Of a stretch of 64,000 bases of DNA, positions 33,148 to 44,130 are shown piece by piece (positions within the stretch are counted from its first letter, which is position 1; the number at the start of each line of letters is the position of its first letter). The notes below the pieces were generated by a model. It worked only from the letters and a program-made list of their open reading frames with translations, was not told where the DNA came from and ran no database searches. The stretch is from NCBI GenBank assembly GCA_963815195.1, contig CAWFGE010000001.1, positions 1 to 64,000 on the forward strand, read 5' to 3'. The DNA is from an uncultured Planctomycetaceae bacterium (GTDB lineage: Bacteria; Planctomycetota; Planctomycetia; Planctomycetales; Planctomycetaceae). The translations under genes and the position numbers were made by a program.

Positions 33148-33527
33148 GTGGCAAAAGCAAGAAAAAGAAGGTGCGTCGCAACGTGACGAGTGCGATCGCC
33201 CACATCAAAGCGACCTTCAACAACACGACGGTCACCATCACCGACACCAACGGCGACGTGCTCTGCTGGGCGACCGCCGGCACGGTGGGTTTTAAGGGCA
33301 GCCGCAAGAGCACGCCCTTCGCGGCGCAGCGGGCGGCGGAAATCTGTGCCGAGAAAGCCGTCAAGTTCGGCGTGCGGACCATGGAAGTCCGCGTGAAAGG
33401 CCCGGGCTCCGGGCGGGAAAGCGCGATCACGGGCCTGCAGGTGCCGGGCCTCAGCATCAAGGCGATCGAAGATGTCACGCCGCTCCCGCACAACGGCTGC
33501 CGGCCTCCCAAAAAACGCCGCGTGTGA
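33148..33527 (+). CDS. rpsK: 30S ribosomal protein S11 (one base apparently missing in the A-rich 5' end ~33155)
   Basis: [35 protein letters not shown]. Confidence 0.96.
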
Positions 33528-33603
33528 ATAGGGCTTCGGGAGTGGTTTGAGTTTTCTCCGGCCTCACGCCGGATTTTTCCCTCTGGGAATCGGAGAGTGT
33601 TTC

Positions 33604-34618
33604 ATGCGTATTCGTTGGCGTGGTTTGGAATTGCCCAGTCGCGTGGTCCCGGACAAATCCTCGGCCACATCCACCTACGGCCGGTTCGTCGCGGAGCCGT
33701 TTGAACGGGGTTTCGGGGCGACCATCGGCAACAGCCTCCGGCGGATCTTGCTGTCGAGCCTGGAAGGCAGCGCGATCACCCGCGTGAAGATCCAGGGGGT
33801 GCAGCACGAGTTCACGACCATTCCCGGCGTCGTCGAGGACGTGACCGACATCTGCCTGAATCTGAAATCGCTGATTATCAAAAACCGCTCGGCCTCCACC
33901 AAGACCCTGCGGATCGAACGCCATCAGCGCGGCGTGGTGACTGGGGCGGACGTGATCACCGACGACCAGGTGGATGTCGATCAACAAAGACCTCGTCATC
34001 GCGACCATGACAGACGATGTGCCCTTAAACATAGAACTCACCGCCGCCAACGGCCGCGGCTACGTCCCCGCGGGCGAGCATTACGAGCGGGATCCTGAAG
34101 TGGGCGTGATTCCGCTCGATGCGATTTTTTCGCCCGTGGTCCGCGTGCGGTATTCCATCGAAGACACGCGCGTCGGCCAGCGGACCAACTACGACAAGCT
34201 CAACATGGAAATCTGGACGGACGGCACGGTCTCGCCCGAGATGGCCCTCGTGGAAGCGGCCAAGATTCTGCGGAAGCATCTCAATCCGTTCATCACCTAC
34301 CGCGAGCCCGGCCCCGAAATGCCGCCGGAAGCGGGACTCAAAAACATGGCCCAAGAGATCGGCTACGCCCCGGTCGATTTGGAACTGGAAGAAAAACTCA
34401 ACCGCAGCCTGGCGGAGTTGAACCTCTCGGTGCGGGCAACGAACTGCCTGGAATCCGAAGGCATCAATTCGGTTCGCGATCTGGTCAACCGGACGGAAGA
34501 CCAACTGCTCACGGTGCGAAATTTCGGCGAAACCACGCTGCAAGAAGTCCGCGAGCGGCTCGCCAGCCTCAACCTGCGATTGGGCATGAAGCCTTCCACG
34601 ACCAATCCGAAGCAATAG
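33604..34618 (+). CDS. rpoA: RNA polymerase alpha subunit (apparent frameshift ~33975)
   Basis: [45 protein letters not shown]. Confidence 0.96.
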
Positions 34619-34691
34619 CCCGTCTTCGGGCGGCCGTCCGTTTGGAATCTGTCACATTCGAAATCATCCTTGCAAAAAACGATCAACTGTC

Positions 34692-35373
34692 ATGCGTCAC
34701 AAAATGAGAGGCCGGAAACTCGGCCGGAACGCGTCCCACCGCAAAGCCATGTTTCGCAACATGGCCTGCAGCCTGATTCGCTCGGTCGCGGTGAACGAAG
34801 ACGACCCCGCCAAGCCCAAGGTGCCGGGGCGGATCGTCACGACGCTGCCCAAGGCGAAGGAACTCCGGCCGTATATCGAAAAGCTGATCACGATGGCCCG
34901 CAAATCCCTGCCGCACCAGGAACACGCCAGGAATTCGCCACTTCGGCCGAGCGCAATTCGCAGGAATGGAAAAGCTGGCGGGAGTCCGATCGATGGAACC
35001 AATGGAACCAGGCGGTCGCCCCGCGCTCGCTCTCCGGCGGCGGGTGTTTGCGATTCTCCGCGACAACGAAGCGGTCGACATTCTATTCGAACAACTCGCC
35101 CCGAAATTCGCCGACCGTCCCGGCGGCTACACCCGCGTGGTGCGAATGCCGGAAGTCCGCTTGGGCGATGCCGGTGCTCAGGCGATGATTGAATTCGTCG
35201 GCGACGACCGCGACCGCGTGAAATCCGGCCGTCGCACCGGACCGGCTCCCGTTGTGTCCGAAGAACCCGCCGCCCAAGCCCCCGCCACAGAAACGCAAGA
35301 ACCCGCACCCGAAACCTCCGCGGAAACGGAATCCGCCCAGGAGACCCCGGAAGGGGAAGACAAAGCCGAATAA
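34692..35373 (+). CDS. rplQ: 50S ribosomal protein L17 with internal insertion (apparent frameshifts ~34930, ~35020)
   Basis: MRH...RKLGR...[28 protein letters not shown]. Confidence 0.94.
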
Positions 35374-35455
35374 CTCTCGGAGGAGAACCGGCTTGGGGAA
35401 GCCATCCTCGCCATCGCGGGGTTTTCGGAAACCCCCCTTTGACTTTACCGGGGCC

Positions 35456-36019
35456 ATGCGGCTGTTGTGCAGCGATGTTTGCGCCCGCTTGGCGGAGTTC
35501 GAGCACATCGACATGACCCGCGTGGCGGTGACCTTTGCCCAGGCCCGCCGGCGGGTGAATTACGGCCTGCAGGCGAAGCTTACGCCGATGCGGTTTGAGG
35601 AAGGCCGGCTTTACGACGTTCGGGAAGACGGGCGGCAGTGGACCGTCCAGCGGCTTTTCGATGTGAACGACCGCGAGATACTCTACATCCTCACGTTTTA
35701 CCTGCCGCGGTTTCTGGATCAGACCTTCGCCGAAAAGATGACCACGGTCTTCCACGAGCTGTACCACATCAGCCCCGAGTTCAACGGCGACATTCGCCGG
35801 CACGAGGGCCGGTATCACGTGCATTCCCATAGCCAAAAAGCCTACGACGAGCAAATGGCCGCGCTTGCGAAGGGCTATCTGGCGCAAAAGCCGCCCGACG
35901 AGGTTTACGGCTTTTTGCGGAAGACGTTCCGGGGACTCAAGCGGACCCACGGCGAAGTGGTGGGCCTGCAAATCCCGATTCCCAAGCTCCTGCCCGTTCC
36001 CGAATCCAAATCCGCCTGA
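35456..36019 (+). CDS. Putative zinc metallopeptidase
   Basis: TVFHELYHI (HEXXH); start uncertain. Confidence 0.75.
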   Translation: MRLLCSDVCARLAEFEHIDMTRVAVTFAQARRRVNYGLQAKLTPMRFEEGRLYDVREDGRQWTVQRLFDVNDREILYILTFYLPRFLDQTFAEKMTTVFHELYHISPEFNGDIRRHEGRYHVHSHSQKAYDEQMAALAKGYLAQKPPDEVYGFLRKTFRGLKRTHGEVVGLQIPIPKLLPVPESKSA

Positions 36020-36260
36020 GTTCCCCGTCTGCGGCGGCCGGCGAAGCGCGAATTCGCTTCTCGGAAAATTGTTCTTGATCCGATTCGCCGATTTGGGTAT
36101 CACACCCCCTCCTGGAACCTGTCTTGGAAATCCGAGCGGGGGTTCCGCCCACTCTCCTTCTCAACTCCAATCTCCAAAGCCGCTCCCTCCGCCGGCGTTT
36201 CCGATTTGTCGGCTCGGCGTGAGTGCGCTGTTTCTCCACTTTAATCGGTAAGCAAATCTC

Positions 36261-37458
36261 ATGATGAGATCCGGCCCAATCCTGTTCGCAGCCGGGATGC
36301 TGTGCATCGGCGGCTGCGCTTCGCGCGGCAACGTGGAACTGTTGGAAAGCCAACTCCGGAAGCGGGAAGACCAGTTGTACGCGGTCCAGTCGCAGACTGG
36401 AACAGAGGGAATCCGAGCTCGGCGTGGCAAAAAAAGAGGCGGAAACGCTCAGGGGCCAGTTGGCCGAGCGCGGCGGGCCCGCGGTGTTCCCGGAACAACT
36501 GCAATCGCTGTCCCGCGTGAAGGCGATCCAGATTAATAAGCTGCTCACCGGCGGCTTGGACCGCGACGGAAAACCGGGCGACGATCAATTGAACGTCGTG
36601 CTCGTTCCCCAGGATGAGCGCGGCGAACCTGTCAAGCTCCCCGGCACCGTCGAGTTGGAGGTCCTCGACCTCGCCGCCTCGCCGAAGGCCCGCCAGATCG
36701 GCGTTTGGCGATTCACGAGCCAGGAAGTCGCGGCCCAGTGGCAAAGCGGACTGTCGTCGGGCTTCCAGTTCCAAATTCCCTGGCAGGGCCGCTCCGACTC
36801 TCAGAATCTGGTGCTGCATGCCCGGCTCGCCACCGCGGACGGCCGGCAGTTTGACACGAGCACCGACGTCCGCATCACCCCCGGTCCCGCCGTCGGTCAA
36901 ACTCAAATCGCCGAGCAGTCCAACCCGTCGGCGAACCAGGTTCCGCTGGCTCCCGAACCCGATTTATTCGCGGCCGAGCCCGGCGGAGCGATCGAGTCGT
37001 CCCATCCCGCGAAAGCCCTGCGCATGATCGGCGGCGACGGCCTCAATGAGAAACCCACGATCCGGCAGCAATCCGGGACGGACGGTTTAACCGAGGACGA
37101 CTTCTTCCCAATGGCAGCCCCCGAACCCGTGGGCACAACGTCGGTCCAAACACCCGCTCTGCCGAGCGACGCGTCCGAGGAATTCTTCCCGGCGGATGCG
37201 CCCGTTCCCGTGGGCGCGGCCGAAATCCAGCCGATCGAACCCGCCGGGACTCCGGAATTGGCGACAAAGACCGCCAGTGCTCCCGAGACCGACGTCCCCT
37301 TGGAGGTTGAACTCCCTCCCACACCCGAGGCCGATGAAGAACCGGCAAAGGCCGCCAGCGCGCCGCAGCTCGAAAAGCTCATCCCGATGCGATATCAGCG
37401 CACCGCCAAAGCGCCCCTCTGGGAACCGCCGGCCGATGCGTCCAAAAACGCTCCCTAA
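36261..37458 (+). CDS. Putative lipoprotein with Pro/Glu/Ala-rich tail (apparent frameshift ~36400-36420)
   Basis: Lipobox-like IGGC, coiled segment, LTGG.D.DG.PGDD, low-complexity C-terminus. Confidence 0.65.
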
Positions 37459-37483
37459 GCGGGCGGGACGGGGGCTTGGGGAT

Positions 37484-37807
37484 TTAGTGAGGCGGGTTCA
37501 TTTGCACGGCGTGGGCTTTGGCCATCGCGTCTTCGGCTTCGGGAATCTTTCCGCAGCGCTGATAGATCACCGAAAGCTGCGTGAACGAAAACGAATCGTG
37601 CGGCTCCAGTTCGGTCACGCGCACGGCGTGTTTGATGGCGTCCTCGTTTCGCCCCAGCTTCTGCAAATGGACGCCCAAGGCCATGTGGGCCAGCACGTAA
37701 TCGGGATCGATCGTGAGGATTTCCTGCCATTTGGCGACGGCCCCCTCCAGGTCCCCTTGCTCCTTGAGTGCCGTGCCTTCATCATAAAGTTCGTTCGGTG
37801 TGGGCAT
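37484..37807 (-). CDS. Small TPR protein
   Basis: TPR helices GDLEGAV..IDPDYVLAH..LG, LEPHD. Confidence 0.85.
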   Translation of the reverse strand: MPTPNELYDEGTALKEQGDLEGAVAKWQEILTIDPDYVLAHMALGVHLQKLGRNEDAIKHAVRVTELEPHDSFSFTQLSVIYQRCGKIPEAEDAMAKAHAVQMNPPH

Positions 37808-37968
37808 GATGCAATTCCTGGTGGAATGAAAAATCGATCGAGCGAGCCGCCGGATTCTTTGAAATGATCGAACCCGCCGCCGTTTGTTGTATCATAGTCG
37901 GGCCCACTCTTCGAGCAAGTCCCCGCCATCGCCTTGGCCCGTTTTGGATCCGCTGTGTCCGTGCCTTC

Positions 37969-39738
37969 ATGATTCCCCGCGCCTGGATTCGCCCTCAAAC
38001 GTCCGAACCCACGTCCCCCGGCCGCCGGGAATGGATGCTCGTGGGGTTGATCCTCGTGGCCGGTTTCGGAATAAGGGCCGCGTTTCCCGGACGGATGGCG
38101 GTCGAGCATTTTGATGAAGGCGTTTATGCCTCGAACATCTTTTTTGGCGCCGATCGCGGGTTTCAATACCCGGCCCGGCATTTGTACGCCCCGCCGCTGT
38201 GGCCCTGGCTGGTGGAATGGTCGATTATTTTTTTCGGTCCGACGCATTGGGGAACGATGCTCGTGGGCGTCGTTTCCGGGACATTGACCGCCCTCGTCGT
38301 TTGGCGGTTGGTGCGGGAATCGTTCGGGATCGCTCCCGGATTGACGGCCGCGGCGCTGTGTGCGTTCAACGATTATCACGCCCTTTACAGCCGGACCGCG
38401 TTGACGGAACCGCTGTTGTGTTTCTGGCTCGCGGGGGCGGTGTATTTTCTGTTTCGGGCCTTGACCGATGGCAACCGCCGGTCGGTGATTCTGGCCGGCC
38501 TGTTCACCGGTCTGGCCTGGTGGACCAAATACAACGGCTGGCTGCCGTTGGCGATCGGAACCGCCGGGCTCGCGGCGTGGGCGATTCGGCCGCACACCGC
38601 GTCCCCCAAACGTGGCCGGCGATTTTTGATTTTGCTCGTCATCGGGATGCTCGCGGGACTGGTGTTTCTTCCGGTGTGGTGGGATCTTCGAGATGTCGGA
38701 GGTTACAAGGCCGTCCAGGAAAACCATGCCCGCTACTTTGTGGGCCTGGCCGGATGGGCGACGGCGTGGCAGCGGCAACTGGCCAACCTGCGATTCTTCG
38801 ACGGCCCGCTGAGTTGGATCGGCCTGGTCCTCGCCGTGTTTCTGTCGCGATGGGGAAGCCGGATCGAACCACGCCGCTCGGCTTCCAACGAAACCGCCGT
38901 TTCCCGCGGCGTGCAGATGTGTTGGTGCAGCGTGTTTGCGGCGATCCTCGCGGCCGCGGCTTATTGGCTGGGAACGAGCGTGGTGCTGGGCCTGTTGGGT
39001 TTTGTCTGGTTGGTTCTCGCCTGCCCGTGGTGGGCGCGAAATCAGGACGCTGCCCGCAGCGGCTTGGCATATTGGCTCAGCGCCGCGTGGTTTGCGGGGC
39101 TGTTCTTGGCGACGCCTCTTTACACGCCCTACCCGCGGCTCTGCGCTGCCTTGGCTCATGGCGGCATGGATGACCGCGGGGGCGATGATTGGTTCCCCCG
39201 CCGGGCGCGGCTGCTCTCCGGGCAATATGACTGGCAAGCGAAACGCTGGAGCATCGCATTGACCGGTCTCGTTGCAGTGGCCGGGATTTTCTCCGCGGGA
39301 ATGAACGCGATTCAAAACGATGGGTTCCGCGTCCCGGCGTGGCAGGATCGTACGGGGCTGGAACACATCGCCGCCCGCATCGAGAATCTAGATTCGCGGC
39401 AAAATCGCCCGCCGCTGATTTATGTCTATGCGGAGCCGGCGTTGTTTTTTCATTTGCGCGCGGAGGGCTTGGAAGCCGTGGCTCCGGTGGCGGATTTGCA
39501 ATTTGCAGAGATGCCCGCGGAGTGGCCGACCTTCCTCGTCGTTGGCCCCCATGCCGAGCGGAGCGAAGCCTTTCAGCGGCAATGGCGGGACACTTCCGAT
39601 CGGTTTGAACGGATCGCCCGCTTCCGCGATCAGCCGAGCGATCTGGTGCTGCTCAATCAATATCCCCCGAAAGCCCTCAAGAATAAAAACTTCTCGCGAG
39701 CCGAGACGATCTCCATTTACCGCCTGAAATCGCGATAG
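37969..39738 (+). CDS. GT-C (ArnT/PMT-like) membrane glycosyltransferase
   Basis: HFDEGVYA, PPL, SRTALTE, WTKYNG, many TM helices; probable compensating indels ~39140-39230. Confidence 0.82.
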   Translation: MIPRAWIRPQTSEPTSPGRREWMLVGLILVAGFGIRAAFPGRMAVEHFDEGVYASNIFFGADRGFQYPARHLYAPPLWPWLVEWSIIFFGPTHWGTMLVGVVSGTLTALVVWRLVRESFGIAPGLTAAALCAFNDYHALYSRTALTEPLLCFWLAGAVYFLFRALTDGNRRSVILAGLFTGLAWWTKYNGWLPLAIGTAGLAAWAIRPHTASPKRGRRFLILLVIGMLAGLVFLPVWWDLRDVGGYKAVQENHARYFVGLAGWATAWQRQLANLRFFDGPLSWIGLVLAVFLSRWGSRIEPRRSASNETAVSRGVQMCWCSVFAAILAAAAYWLGTSVVLGLLGFVWLVLACPWWARNQDAARSGLAYWLSAAWFAGLFLATPLYTPYPRLCAALAHGGMDDRGGDDWFPRRARLLSGQYDWQAKRWSIALTGLVAVAGIFSAGMNAIQNDGFRVPAWQDRTGLEHIAARIENLDSRQNRPPLIYVYAEPALFFHLRAEGLEAVAPVADLQFAEMPAEWPTFLVVGPHAERSEAFQRQWRDTSDRFERIARFRDQPSDLVLLNQYPPKALKNKNFSRAETISIYRLKSR

Positions 39739-39996
39739 GCGACCCAAATTCCCCGCCTTATCCGCCTCGCGCAGGCCGTGCAATGCGGCGGGTCTGCCCG
39801 GAATCGGCAATCAGAAAGTGCGGAGGCTCTCTGGTTCGGAATGGGCAGAATCTGCGGCCTTTCCTGAAATTTCCGCCAGCCGCGTTCGATGAATAACCCT
39901 GCGCGATGATCGCGGAAGGACTCAATGACATCGAGCGCGGCGTTCGCGGCGCGGACGGCGGCGTTTCTCAGGGACTCTACAGAGGCGGCATGAATC

Positions 39997-41006
39997 ATGG
40001 ATGAACATGCGACTTTGACGGCTGAAAACCAATCCGAAAATCCGCAGGACAAAGGCGTCATGCGGCGGCGGTTGGGGCGGGGGCTCAATGCGCTCTTGGG
40101 CGGGGCCGTGCCCGATTCGCAATCGAACGAAGCCTCCGACGAGAATGCCGCCGGGCCCAATGCGACCGATGAGATTTCGGTGGACCTCATCGAGCGGAAC
40201 CCCTTCCAGCCGCGGAAAGACTTCGAGAAAGAATCCATCAACGAGCTCGCCGAGAGCATGATGACGCACGGCATCTTGCAACCGCTTTTGGTGCGGCCTC
40301 ATAACGGCGGCTATCAACTCATCGCCGGGGAACGCCGCTGGCTGGCCGCAAAAGAAGCGGGCATCGAGAGCGTTCCGTGCCGGGTCCTGGAACTCGAAGA
40401 CAAGAACGTCTGCGAAGTCGCGCTCGTCGAAAACGTGCAGCGGAAGGACCTCGGCGATCTGGAGAAAGCCCAGGCCTTTCAGGATTATCTGGACCGCTTC
40501 GGCGGCACGCCCGCGGACTTGGCGAAGCAACTGGGCATGAACCGCTCCACGGTGGCGAATTTTATCCGGCTGTTGGGGCTGCCGGATCCTGTGAAAAAAG
40601 CCTTGAACGCGGGCCGGATTTCCAACGGCCACGCGCGGCGCTCTTGACCTTGGAGGAGCGCGATCAGATCGAGCTCTGCAAGCTGATCCAGCGGGATTCG
40701 CTCTCCGTCCGCAAGACGGAAGAGGCAGTCAAAAAGCTTTTAGGCCGGGACGATTCGGAACCCGACACGATTCCGTTCGAGCAAAAGCCCGACGAGCCGA
40801 AAGCCGAGGAGACGGGGAAATCCAACCACATTATTTCGCTGGAAGGCCAACTCCGCGAATGCCTGGGGACCAAGGTGGAGATCCGCGTGACGGGCAAAGA
40901 CGCCGGCCGGATCACGGTCGAGTTCCACAACAACGCGGAGTTCGAACGCCTGGTCAAAGCCCTCCGCGCCGCGGGAGAATCCCAACCCCTGGCCGAGGCC
41001 GCGTGA
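39997..41006 (+). CDS. parB: ParB/Spo0J partition protein (apparent frameshift ~40640)
   Basis: LGRGLNALL, NPFQPRK.F, LIAGERRW.AA, ENVQRKDL, RSTVANFIRLL. Confidence 0.93.
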
Positions 41007-41016
41007 TCCCTCCGGT

Positions 41017-42303
41017 TCACATCGACCAGCCGTCGGGGAGCACGGCTCCTTTTTTCACGACGATCACCCCGTCGCGGACGACGACCGAATCGCCGAAGTC
41101 GGCGTTTTCGATGGAGTCGTCCGGGAGGTGGATGGAGACGTTTCTCCCGATCCGGCAGTTCTTGTCGATGATCGCCCCGTCAATCTTCGAGCCTTCGCCG
41201 ATGCCGATGGGCGGCAACTCCGCGCTCGAGCCATGCGGGACTTTGGGAGATTCGTAGTTGTCCGCGCCCATCAGGATGGAATTCTTGATGGTCGCGTTGC
41301 CGCCGATGCGATACCTGAGGCCGATAATGCTGTGCTCGATGATCGCCCCGGCGCCCAATTCGCAGCCGTCGGCGATCATGCTGCCTTTGATGTTCGCGCC
41401 ATCAACGCGCGTCGGCGGCAGGAACCGGGCATGCGTGTAAATCGGAGCGTCGGCCTCCACAAACTTAAAGGGCGGCTCCTTGCCGGCAAGCGCCAGGTTC
41501 GCATCGTAAAACGCCCGGATCGTGCCGATGTCCTCCCAGTAACCGTCGAACAAATGCGTCTGCACTTTGCGGGTGCGGATCGAAAGCGGGAAGACCTCTT
41601 TGCCGAAGTCGGCATACTCCGAGCCACGCAACAACTCCAAGAGCGTGTTGCGGTTGAAGAGATAGATCCCCATGCTCGCGAGGCAATCGCGGCCGTGGGC
41701 TTCGACGCCCTGGGATTCGATCCACGCCGGGTCCGTGCGGACGAGGTCGAGTTCCTCTTTCGTCTGCGGCTTTTCCAAAAAGCCCCGCACCCGGCCGGTG
41801 TCGTCCAGCCGCATGATCCCGAACGCTTTGGCCTGCTCCGGCGTGATGGGCACGGCCGAGATCGTCACGTCCGCCCCGGATTCGACGTGCGTCCGGAGCA
41901 TGTCGTTATAGTCCATGCGGTAGAGCTGATCGCCCGAGAGAATCAGCACGTAATCGACGTTCTCCTGCTCCAAGTACCTGAGGTGCTTGCGGACGGCGTC
42001 GGCGGTGCCTTGATACCAGTCGGCCCCTTCCATCGTCTGCTGGGCGGCGAGGATCTCCACAAACCCGCCGTCGAAGCGGTCGAACTTGTACGTCTGCCGA
42101 ATGTGCCGATGCAAACTCACCGAGTTGAACTGCGTGAGCAGATAAATCCGGTTGATCTGGCTGTTTAGGCAGTTGGAGATGGGAATATCGATCAGGCGAT
42201 ACTTCCCCGCCAAGGGCACCGCGGGCTTCGAGCGGTATTCCGTCAACGGAAACAGACGGGTGCCTTTTCCTCCGCCGAGGATAAAACTGATGACGTTGCG
42301 CAT
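41017..42303 (-). CDS. glgC: Glucose-1-phosphate adenylyltransferase
   Basis: ILGGGKGTRLFPLT..RSKPAVP, WYQGTADAV, LSGDQLY, YWEDIGT. Confidence 0.96.
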   Translation of the reverse strand: MRNVISFILGGGKGTRLFPLTEYRSKPAVPLAGKYRLIDIPISNCLNSQINRIYLLTQFNSVSLHRHIRQTYKFDRFDGGFVEILAAQQTMEGADWYQGTADAVRKHLRYLEQENVDYVLILSGDQLYRMDYNDMLRTHVESGADVTISAVPITPEQAKAFGIMRLDDTGRVRGFLEKPQTKEELDLVRTDPAWIESQGVEAHGRDCLASMGIYLFNRNTLLELLRGSEYADFGKEVFPLSIRTRKVQTHLFDGYWEDIGTIRAFYDANLALAGKEPPFKFVEADAPIYTHARFLPPTRVDGANIKGSMIADGCELGAGAIIEHSIIGLRYRIGGNATIKNSILMGADNYESPKVPHGSSAELPPIGIGEGSKIDGAIIDKNCRIGRNVSIHLPDDSIENADFGDSVVVRDGVIVVKKGAVLPDGWSM

Positions 42304-42632
42304 GGTCTTGGAGCGTGTGTGACAGAGGGGCGAAATCACGGGCGTGGACGACAATTCTTCCTCCACCACCCTATCGAGAAACACCCCGGCCCGCAATACA
42401 TGTCTGAATCTGTCTCACCACAAACCCAGATGGAATGCCAGTCCTGCACTTCGGGTAAATAAATCCGGTTTGCGGAAATCGGATTAGGCGGAGATCCTGC
42501 TTTTTTTTCCTAAATGAATGCGGTAATTATGTTCACACACCGAGTCCTGTGGTGTACACTGCTAATCACAGCCCAAAGCCGCAAATCGCTTTTTTCATCA
42601 CAGAATCTCGTAAGCGCTGGAGAAGCCTGGCA

Positions 42633-44078
42633 ATGAAGTTTTGGAACGATCAACTCCGCGTCTGTCCGAAATGCAAGGCTGCGGTCAAGATGGCAGAGGA
42701 GTTGCGCACAAGCTGTCCGAAATGCGGATCGCAGGTTTGGTTTTATAACTATCGTCCTCTTCCGCCGCCGCTAAAACCGCCTGAAACACGGCCGCGTGAT
42801 TTATGGAAGAACCCGACGACGACTTTGCTCCTTGCAGGTGTCGCTCTTTTTGGACTTGTCGCACTCGTGGGAATTTCCAATCGATTCATCGTGGCGGTCG
42901 TCTGTTCTTTGGCCGCCATTGGATTTGCGGTATTCGGCCTTATCCGGCACGCGGAAACGCGGCGGATCGAAGAAGGTTTGGAACATGCCGATGAGACTTT
43001 TCAATACGCAGAAGCAATGCAGGGACGCATCAGCGAACTTATCAACCGATATAACTATTTGCTAAAGACCGGCAACCAGCGGATTGAAGAGTATTATGGT
43101 GAAATCTATCTCCGAGCGGAGAAAGAAAAAGAGGAAGCGCAGAGGTTGCGTCAACGGGCGCAACGCGATCGCGAAGCGGTTCGCAGTGTTGAGGTGCGGA
43201 TCTACAACATGGCCGAACGGCTGATCGACGACCACCGTAAATGGGCAACGAAAAAACTTCGCCCGGATCCGGAGAACTATCAGCGGCGGAAGCTGGAGAT
43301 TGAAAAGATGTTTCAATTCGTGGATGCTGCGGGCTACGAACCTCCTGCGGATCTTCGGAAAGGAATGCTTTCCAAGTTAAAGGGCGATTATAAAGCCATC
43401 GTGCGGGAGCACACCCTCAAGGAGGAACAGAAACGAATCAAACAACAAATGCGGGAGGAAGAGCAACTTCGCCGGGAACGAGAACAGGCGATAAAAGAAG
43501 CCGAAGAGAACCAACATGAATTAGAACGGCTGCTGGAAGAAGCACTGAAAGAGCATAAAGACGCTCATAATGCCGAAGTTGAGGAATTGCGTTTGAAGCT
43601 CGCGGAAGCGCAGGCCAATTCGGAGAGAGCAAAATCCATGGCGCAGCTTACCAAGGCCGGGCATGTCTATATTCTGTCGAATATTGGCTCATTTGGGGAA
43701 GGGATCTTCAAAGTCGGCATGACCCGCCGGCTGGAACCGCAGCTTCGGGTGAAAGAACTCGGAGATGCAAGCGTGCCTTTTCCCTTTGACGTCCATGCTA
43801 TGATCTCCTGCGAAAATGCACCCGGCTTGGAAAACGCATTGCACAAGGAATTGGCCCGCTTTCGTGTGAATCGGGTCAACCTGCGAAAGGAGTATTTTCG
43901 AGTGGATTTGGAAACGATCGTGAAGTTCGTCAAACATCATCACGGACACGTCGATTATATCGCAGAGGCAGAAGCTTTAGAGTATCGAGAAACGGTGACA
44001 ATTAGCCCCGAAGATTTGGTGGAATTGGAATCCGAACTCGCCGAAATGGGTGTCACCTTTGAAGAGTGGGACGACTAG
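42633..44078 (+). CDS. Zn-ribbon + 2TM + coiled-coil + T5orf172/GIY-YIG-like (DUF4041-type) protein
   Basis: CPKC..CPKC, two hydrophobic helices, AGHVYILSNIGSFGE..FKVGMTRRLEP..RV.ELGDASVPF.FDVHA, RVN.VN.RKEYF. Confidence 0.87.
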   Translation: MKFWNDQLRVCPKCKAAVKMAEELRTSCPKCGSQVWFYNYRPLPPPLKPPETRPRDLWKNPTTTLLLAGVALFGLVALVGISNRFIVAVVCSLAAIGFAVFGLIRHAETRRIEEGLEHADETFQYAEAMQGRISELINRYNYLLKTGNQRIEEYYGEIYLRAEKEKEEAQRLRQRAQRDREAVRSVEVRIYNMAERLIDDHRKWATKKLRPDPENYQRRKLEIEKMFQFVDAAGYEPPADLRKGMLSKLKGDYKAIVREHTLKEEQKRIKQQMREEEQLRREREQAIKEAEENQHELERLLEEALKEHKDAHNAEVEELRLKLAEAQANSERAKSMAQLTKAGHVYILSNIGSFGEGIFKVGMTRRLEPQLRVKELGDASVPFPFDVHAMISCENAPGLENALHKELARFRVNRVNLRKEYFRVDLETIVKFVKHHHGHVDYIAEAEALEYRETVTISPEDLVELESELAEMGVTFEEWDD

Positions 44079-44130
44079 GAAAACTGTAGCTCCAGCAAAT
44101 GTGGCTCTTGATTGGTCAAGGAAACAACAA

